Assembly: GCA_035084275.1 (NCBI GenBank)
Contig: CM068757.1
Coordinates: forward strand, 4,278,001 to 4,342,000
Origin: Hydrolagus colliei
Lineage: Eukaryota
Direction of reading: 5' to 3'
DNA length: 64,000 nucleotides
Within the stretch, counting starts at the first letter, position 1; every line of letters begins with the position of its first letter. The position numbers were made by a program, and so were the translations under genes. Under the pieces are notes generated by a model. That model had not been told where the DNA came from. It ran no database searches and worked only from the letters and a program-made list of their open reading frames with translations. Positions 17,197 to 64,000 of this stretch are shown piece after piece.

Positions 17197-17884
17197 GGCA
17201 TGTTGGGAGGGAGAGGCTGTTAAGGATTAATAGAGAGTGGGGAGGCATTGCAAGGGCACCCAATAGAGGAATTCTGTATTTCCCAAGGTTTGTTAAAAAT
17301 CCCAAATTCCTAGGATCTTTTTTCTCTAAATCAAGATCAGTAGTAAATTTTCTGATATCTTGGATCATTTGTCAGTTTAATTTTCTCATATACTGGCATG
17401 TTTAGACTTCATAAATGCTACTTTAATTGTAGCATTCTCAATATTTTGCCTTCATCTACACTTTCTGCTCCATTTCTTCTATTTTCTAAACAGTTGCTAT
17501 GACAAATCCTCTCATACAACGAGTTGGGAGTTTCCTTTTATTGTGTAAATTAGGGAATTGCATGCCACAATATAAAATCACTGTGTCCTTTTGATATTTG
17601 TGATTCCAAGCTCCTGCATACTAAATACAAACCGTAGAAGTTGATCCTATCATAAGAAAATTATTGGTATAAAAGTTGCAAATTGTTGCTAAGGCAGTTT
17701 TGACCCTGCAGAATGCGTGATTGTTCTCTCAGTACAACAGGGCTGCATTGTTCAAAATGGTTTTGTAAGATACATTAACATTCTCAAAATAGCCGCCCTT
17801 CCTAGGCAAAATTGTTATCTGAGTGCCACCCCCATCAGTTTCATAGATTTTAAAGTTTATCATACTCCAATTGCCAGTACAGGA

Positions 17885-18076
17885 GAGTCCTGTAGCTCAG
17901 TGGATAGTGAGCTCGCCTTACATGTGAGAGTCCTGGGTTCAATTCCAGGCAGGGTAAAACCGTGGGCAAGTTTCCTTTACTCCACACACCTGATAATAAT
18001 CCCTCAAAAAAACAATAATAAATTGGTCACTTCAATCCACGACTGTTTGTGGGACACTACTGTGCACAATTGGCTT
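17885..18076 (+). mobile_element. Young SINE 5' two-thirds
   Basis: gagtcctgtagctcagtgg A box, ggttcaattcc B box, body. Confidence 0.85.
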
Positions 18077-18082
18077 TTTGGC

Positions 18083-18256
18083 TCACATCTTCTAGACGTC
18101 TCAAAGCGTTTCACGGAATATACTGAAAAGTGAACGGACTGTACATTTGTGGGCAAAATGCGGCGGCCAATTGTGCTCAGCGGTATCCCACAAACAGTCG
18201 TGGATTGAAGTGACCAATTTATTATTGTTTTTGTTTCTTGAGGGATTATCATCAGA
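18083..18256 (-). mobile_element. Young SINE body, tail-to-tail with preceding copy
   Basis: Reverse complement of 17990-18075 plus part of the 3' end. Confidence 0.85.
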
Positions 18257-18299
18257 TTTAATTATAATCATCTTATTATAATAAATAAGATGATTCGAG

Positions 18300-18650
18300 A
18301 TATGGGATTCACTAAAATGGTGCCAGGATTCAGAGGATATATAGTTATTATAAAATGCTTAAAATACTGGGGCTGGGCTTACTGAAGCAGAGGCAATCAA
18401 GAGGGGGATTTAATAAAAGCGTTCAAATTTATGAATGGGTTTGAGAGGGACAGATTATTGCTATTAGTTGCTGAATTGACAAGATGATTACGAGAAGCAT
18501 AGAACTACGAAGCTGGTGTGAATTATGAGAATGAAAGAGGATTTGAAACATTTGAAGATTAAAAATACAAAAGTATAGAAAAAGAAAAACGAAATGTGCC
18601 TTACATGTTAAGGCACTTTAAGCTGAATGACCTCCTTCTGTGCTGAAGTA
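18300..18650 (+). mobile_element. Degraded CR1 LINE 3' fragment
   Basis: ttcactaaaatggtgccagga...agagggggatttaataaaagcgttcaaatttatgaatgg (FTKMVPG...RGDLIKAFKFMNG) and tail gctgaatgacctccttctgtgctg. Confidence 0.65.
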
Positions 18651-18819
18651 TCTACAGAGCTAAAATTCTATTTCTGAGTTTTTCCACAATATTTGAGTCT
18701 TGGAATGCAGGTTTGGTAGATTTAATGGAAGATGCAACCACATGAAAACCAAGAAGAAACACAAAAATACATTTCAGTTGAGACCACGATATCAAATACT
18801 ATACAAATCCAATCCAAAG

Positions 18820-21800
18820 TTTAGAAAACGTCCAATTTTAATAACCAATTCATTTTTATATACACACATAGATATATAGGTCACACTAAACAGTTGTTCT
18901 GTAAACATTTTCTACTCTGAACAAAGTTAGCAGTTTCAAGACTGTCTTAATTACAGATTTTAATTTGGGATAATTATAAAGACCCAAATTAGTTATGCAG
19001 CCTTTCAAAAAAAATACATTATTTTGACACAATTGGAAGACAAATGCAAAAGACAAATGTCCAAATGCAGTATGTATGTTCCAGTCTACATATTCTGCTT
19101 TCCCTTCTGTTAGATGCAACATAATATTCAAAATCACTTATACTTTTATAATATTTTCTATGTTGACATAGATTACAAGGTATTCCCGTGAGTGCAATGG
19201 AACAACCTAGTTTTCTCCGAAAAAAATAATGTTGTGCTTAAGTCAAAATGCTAGATAATATGGACCACGTGTTACTCTTTGAAACCAAATATTTATACAA
19301 ATTAATGGGTTAATAACCTAAGATGTTGTCAATATTTATGATGACTGGTGTATCAATTATTGCCACAATTAGTTTAGTTTACTACCTGAGTATTTTAACC
19401 CATTGAGTACCCAACATCCCTAGCACACCAGACAACACGAACCTTGGCATGATTTGACAGGCTATGGAAATTTACGTGCATAAAATTAGATATTTGCATA
19501 AAGATGGAAGTAATATGTAGCACAAAATAATTACAAATGGAAATCTTTTAAGAGCGTAACATCATAAGAAACTGGCTTTGTATTGATATGGTGTAAACTG
19601 CCACGATAGTTCTCAAAGGGTTAAAAGGCTTGCTGTAGTTTCACCTCAAAAAATAATTATATTCATTATTAGACTATCATTCTAGTCATTGGTTACGATA
19701 AACAAGCCTTTGACTTCTTCTTCATTGTCTATCACCGAATAAAATCTAATTGTTTTTAGGTGCAACACAACTTTTACAATTCTGGAGTTTTAACATATAT
19801 TTACATTGTTTAAAATCTTGTATCGGTCACATCATAGAATGATAGTGTAATTCAATTAATAGTCCAAATTTTTTTTCGTGTGCAAAGGACTGAGAGACAA
19901 AAAATAAAAACTCGTGATCTGGATGTATCAACACTGTCATAAAGTTTGAAGTTTAAGTGCCTGACACTCAGAAAGGTTAAAACAAAAAACCATTTAGCCA
20001 AAGAAATGCATCAAATAAACAAGCCAAGCTGTGTATACAGCAACAACATACCCTCGAGTCGCAGCACTATTTCCACCACAATTGCTTTTTGGCAAGAATT
20101 GCTTCAACAATAATTGGGAAAGAAGAGGGAAGGGGGTTAACGAGAAGAAAAAATAATAATTTTGGTCAAGAATGATGCAAATTAGGCCAATGAAATTGGG
20201 CCATTTGCTGGCTGGCTGGCACTGCTGGCAGGAAGCCCAAATACTGTACTCCCAAATTATTTCTGTTACCCCCCTGCAACAACATCCCACGTAAGCCTGG
20301 TTTATCATCAGCCTGCACCAATTACATTGTGTATGCAAATTCCAGACAAATGAATCAATTGATCTTGATAAAACAACAACAACAATAACAACAGAATAAA
20401 GAGCAAAATGGAAGAAGCTGGGCTCTGAAACATGTTTTCTTTTAAAGAGAGAGGGGGAGAGGGAAGTGGGATTGAGAGAATGGAGCTACTTGGTGGCTAT
20501 GTTGACCCTGAAATAAAATGAGAGGCATTGTGCCTACATACTCGCCAGCTTGTCTTGGAAGTTTGCAGACATCCTCAGAAACAGACGGAGGGAAGCAGTT
20601 GAATAAGTCAGATCCACTCAGCATATATATGACAATATTCTGAGCATCAGAATGACGTTTAACAAAGAATGAGATTTGTTTTAAATGTCGGTAGCACTTT
20701 GTACTGAAAGTACATCCCCAAGCTTTTCCTTCAGAGGCCACCCCCTCTTCACACCCCACCCCCAACCCCCACCCACAAACATTCACACCAGTCTAGGTAA
20801 ATCCATGTTTGATCATTGAGGGTTTTGTTGACTGAATATTTCTTGATTTATGGCATAAATAAAACCAAGAAAATTGTGTTTTGCGGCTGACCAAAAGATT
20901 GGTCATCGCTGGTTTAAAACATGGCAAGTGGTATTAGCGGAAATTTAGGGATAACCCAAACAATAAGAAAATCAACAAATGGTACAACAAATATAGTTCA
21001 TCAGTAGTGGTAAGTAGAAAAATCATTCATCAATGCAACAGTGAAAATAGCTCTTTGCGATGAATAATCATTTGTTCGATGTATTTACATCTTTCTTTTT
21101 TTAAAAAAAACCCAGAGAAACAATTCTCTGCTTTTTCCATTACACTTCCTGCAGTGACAGTCACTAGTTCAATATACTGCTAAGATAGTGACCTCTCCAA
21201 CACGTCACTTACAGCAGCATGGTCTACTATCTGCCCATTCACGTGCACCAGAATTTGTTATGCCTTAAAATTTAATATGCAACATAAAACTATCACCACG
21301 TTATCAAATGTGATTTTTAAAAATGTCAAATTCTGCTCTACACCAACACAGTCATCTGTAACCTTGGTGGTTTGTGACATACAGTATTTATAAGATATTC
21401 AACTTAAGTAGTTTGCACGGCCTCAATAATGAACGCATGTTCATCTAAACGTACACAGTTGTTACAAAATGGTTTAGCATCTGGTCGCTTATGAGCGAGT
21501 ATAGTTAATAAACAATGACGGCAGCAATTTAAGCAAAGTGCAAAATTAGATCTTTAATTGCAAATCAGCGCTTAAACATATATTTAGAGGGGAATAAGCA
21601 GCTGGTCTCATTTTAATTCTCTACAACTGTTTGCCTTTAATGCCTTTATCCTTCTTACAAAAGCACGAGGAAAATACAGTGGTTCCAGTCGTGTCTAGCA
21701 ACCTATGATGTATCCGTTTTTCAAAATGGGGATGAAAGGGTTAAACGTGTCCCGTCAATGTTTTATCCTCTAAGAGAGAGGGCTTACCTGAGACAACCTG

Positions 21801-22390
21801 GGCTTTCACACTATCCCTCACAAAGGCAAGACATAAAGAGGTCTGGCACAGCAAACAAAGCTTTCTAACCCACCCCCTCCCCCCAAAAAGTTAGCTCTGT
21901 TTCACATACAGAATTGCATGCATTTTTAAAAAAAATAGAGGAACCCTCTATCATATAAAAGTAGGTCAATTGCCTGCTATGGAACAACGCCTGCACAATT
22001 CTGCCTTTAACCGGACGCGGAGATACATTGTGTGAATGGAGGAAAAGAATTAATGGAAACTGTGTTATCTGGCATTTTAAAAAGACTCGCAAGAGAGTTG
22101 TGATCCCTTGCACTCATTCTATTCAGGCCTGCTGTTTAGTGTTGTCCTCCAGGGTACGAGTCTGTACGAGGCTGTAGTGCCAGTCGGTTCCCAGTTGAGT
22201 TGCAAGTCTTTGTGTTTTTCTTTCTCTTTTTAAAAAAAATCTGAGACCCCCACCCTCACCCCTCTCCTCCCTCCCTCCCTCCCTCTCTCCCTCCTTCCCA
22301 TGCTGCTTGTTTAGAGCACACTCTGGTCTCTGGTCGCCATAGAAATACATTTAAATAGAACATAGGAAAAAGAAAGAAGCCGTTTCAAGA
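18820..22390 (-). other. LRP4: Probable LRP4 3'UTR
   Basis: Follows the stop codon; AU-rich with no recognisable SINE or LINE; ends near an ATTAAA signal; extent inferred. Confidence 0.5.
18837..18842 (-). terminator. Candidate LRP4 polyadenylation signal ATTAAA
   Basis: Followed on minus strand by U/GU-rich sequence (cgttttctaaactttggattggatttgtat) and preceded by TGTA motifs. Confidence 0.4.
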
Positions 22391-61488
<39,098 letters not shown>

Positions 61489-64000
61489 CTGTAGAACAAC
61501 AAAGGAAATCACATCACCTGTAGAAGCAGCACCATCTCTCTGCACAGATCGTTTGCTGAAGTTGCAACGAGCCACTCGCAATCCATAATCTTCCAACTCG
61601 GCAAGATGCTACTAACCTAGCCCGGCTGACTCGGCAAACACAGCGGTACGCGGGGGCGGGTAGTGTAGGCATTCGGTCTCTTATGGTAAATACTGAATTG
61701 CAGGAAACCGCTATTGCTTACCGTGAACGCTAACACTGAGATAATTCCAAGGAGCCTGAACGGATAATTTCAGAGACGCTTTACAATATACGAGCAACCT
61801 CCTCCACTCACTCAGACCACATTTACCATGTGCACTGCTGTTCCCTATGAACAGTCTACAAACAAAATGCAGCAATGTGAAGTTTATCTCCCACTGCCTT
61901 TGGCAGAGCTCAGGTACAATTTTATTAGGTGCCACAGGCAGGCAGGACCTGCCGACAGGCTGCAGATATTTTGGGCAGATCTTCCCCTCATATCGAAATG
62001 GTTTGTCAGGTAGAGCATGAAGCCATAATTTGATCATTCCAAGAAACGTCCCCATTTTGGGCACTGAGTAATGTCATCAAGCATTCCCATCCGATAATAA
62101 CAAGTAAGATCCTCAGTCCCCCCCCTCCCCCCAACAAGATGTTTCAATCCTACTGTAAAGGAGCGCATGCTGACATTTCCATTCCCCATTAACTAACAGC
62201 AAAATATATTTGATGAACTTTTAAATTCTGCCATCCAGGCTATTTACTTTTTGTTCCTCCAATTTTTCACGTTGCAAAATAAACAGTGGAATTTATTTTA
62301 TGTGGACATTTTATTTCTCAAAATGTTCTCAAAACGCTCTGAATTTGACACTGGAAAATAGCTGCTTATTTGTTTACATGGAGGCAGAAATCATTGTAGA
62401 CTTGTCACTGAAGCAATTGTCTGTCTGGAGCAGATGGTTACCATTAGGTTTTATGTCTTAGTCTATGTGCTAGACATCAGGAAATTCCAGACTTAATTGA
62501 TATTCTCAGATTTGACAAATCTTTTGTAAGGGAGAAAGAATCATGTTTGTTAAAAACAACATTGTTATCATTTAAGCAGTGTCTATGTGTTTTTTTACAG
62601 AACTTCATAAACAAACTTCCCATCGGTGCAATCAGCATTACTTACAGTCTTAAGAAAAAATAATTAGTGTCGTGATCCGATCACAAAGAAAATCTGGGCG
62701 TTAGTCTATTCTCCAGCTCGACTGAACGCAACAACAGGATTTATGAAACCCGATGAAGCTTCAAAATTATTTAATGTTCCTGAACTGTTCACAAATAATA
62801 TGCCCTGCCCTGGGATGATTTTACCATAGCTAGCTCCCTCAACCCCCACCTTCTCTTCTGTACTGAAAATAATTTTACCACACAAATAGCCTGACTACTC
62901 TCAGAGGCTCAGCGTCAATTGTGTCTGGATAGCAAGGAAATACTCTTGCAATGTACACTCACAAAATCCCATGAGAGTCCCATCACAGAAGTGAATCGAT
63001 TTGTTTCAGAGCCACTTGTTCTGGTCAGGGTCCACACTTAACATTCCACGTTACTGTCACAGACAGTGTTTTTCACCTTTTTGCCTCGCAGGCAATGACT
63101 CTAAGCAGGTTTGACAGATGTTTGAAAGTGAGATCTTGTGTTACTTGGTTTCTTTGAAGTTGTCTTTTAAAAAAAGCTACTGTTCCCATATGAGTCATTT
63201 CAAACAATTGACAGCTGCTTTGTATCAAAAGGAATGCATAAAATCCAATCCTAATAAAAACAGCTATTAACCTGCACATTTCCAGGATCTCAGTCCCAAT
63301 ACATCCCACCTGCATGCTATAAAGCAGAAAATTTGTTGCTTTCTCCTTTGATATAAAGGCTTTGAACTTGATATTTGCACGGTGTGGACTTATTAGTTAT
63401 CAGTGCAAAACAGTCTAGAAAAAAACAGATCGTGTTTGAGAAAACGGGAAATTGAGAAATTCATTATTTTTATTTGCCCACTTTCTCTTCTTTCACTAAC
63501 GCTTGCTGGCGGTAGATATCTGGAACCTCTATCAAAGTGGACCTGATAATACATCACCATAACATTGAAACGGTTCAAAGTGAGTCACTGGTACTTTAAT
63601 GTGTAAGACTAGCTGAGTGAACATCTGAATACTGTTCGACCACAGACATCATACCTCAGCCCTGATTCTGTCTTTATTGAATGCGCATACATACGCATAC
63701 ACATGCCAGATGGGGTCAGCACTGGAGGTAAGCACGAGTTAGTTCACAAAACCTGTGAACCAGCACTCATTCAATTATTCATTCATTGCGACAATCTGCG
63801 CGAAAGCAAATCAAACATGTCTCTGAGGCAGCCAAGATTTTACAAACAAAATAAACCCAAACCACTCTCGACAATAGGCACCACCATCCACATTTTGTGA
63901 GGACAGATGTATGTTACTCCCCACCCGCTATATCTTGGATCAGGTCACTTCCCCTCATTCAATTGACTATCATTGAAGCCCTTCAACAGTGTACAAAATT

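Noticed and set aside
16884-17405. 173-aa ORF in the intergenic spacer
   Set aside because: Runs through a SINE tail and the Penelope-type repeat; no protein signature.
62965-63000. HFCDG peptide suggesting LRP4 exon 5
   Set aside because: Lacks LDLa cysteine spacing and the SDE motif; exon 5 lies outside the window.

Overview
Vertebrate genomic DNA, not prokaryotic. The repeats suggest a cartilaginous fish, possibly a holocephalan such as elephant shark (inference). Two intron-rich genes lie in tandem on the minus strand, in the same order as the human LRP4-CKAP5 locus. LRP4 has 33 exons traced with GT-AG boundaries and a continuous frame (61488 down to the stop at 22391), plus a probable ~3.5 kb 3'UTR; its 5' exons lie beyond the window. 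CKAP5/ch-TOG has a CpG-island promoter near 12.5-12.85 kb, its ATG at 6248, and 12 coding exons covering TOG1 and TOG2 before running off the left edge. Exon numbers are inferred from the mammalian gene structures. Introns and the spacer carry a young tRNA-derived SINE family, L2 and CR1 LINE fragments, old Deu-domain-like SINEs, a small MITE and two Penelope-type fragments with minimal hammerhead-ribozyme motifs. Most listed ORFs are exon-intron read-throughs or noise. I see no demonstrably new biological system. The best leads are the hammerhead motifs and a divergent CTCF motif pair bracketing the frame-neutral LRP4 stalk exons.
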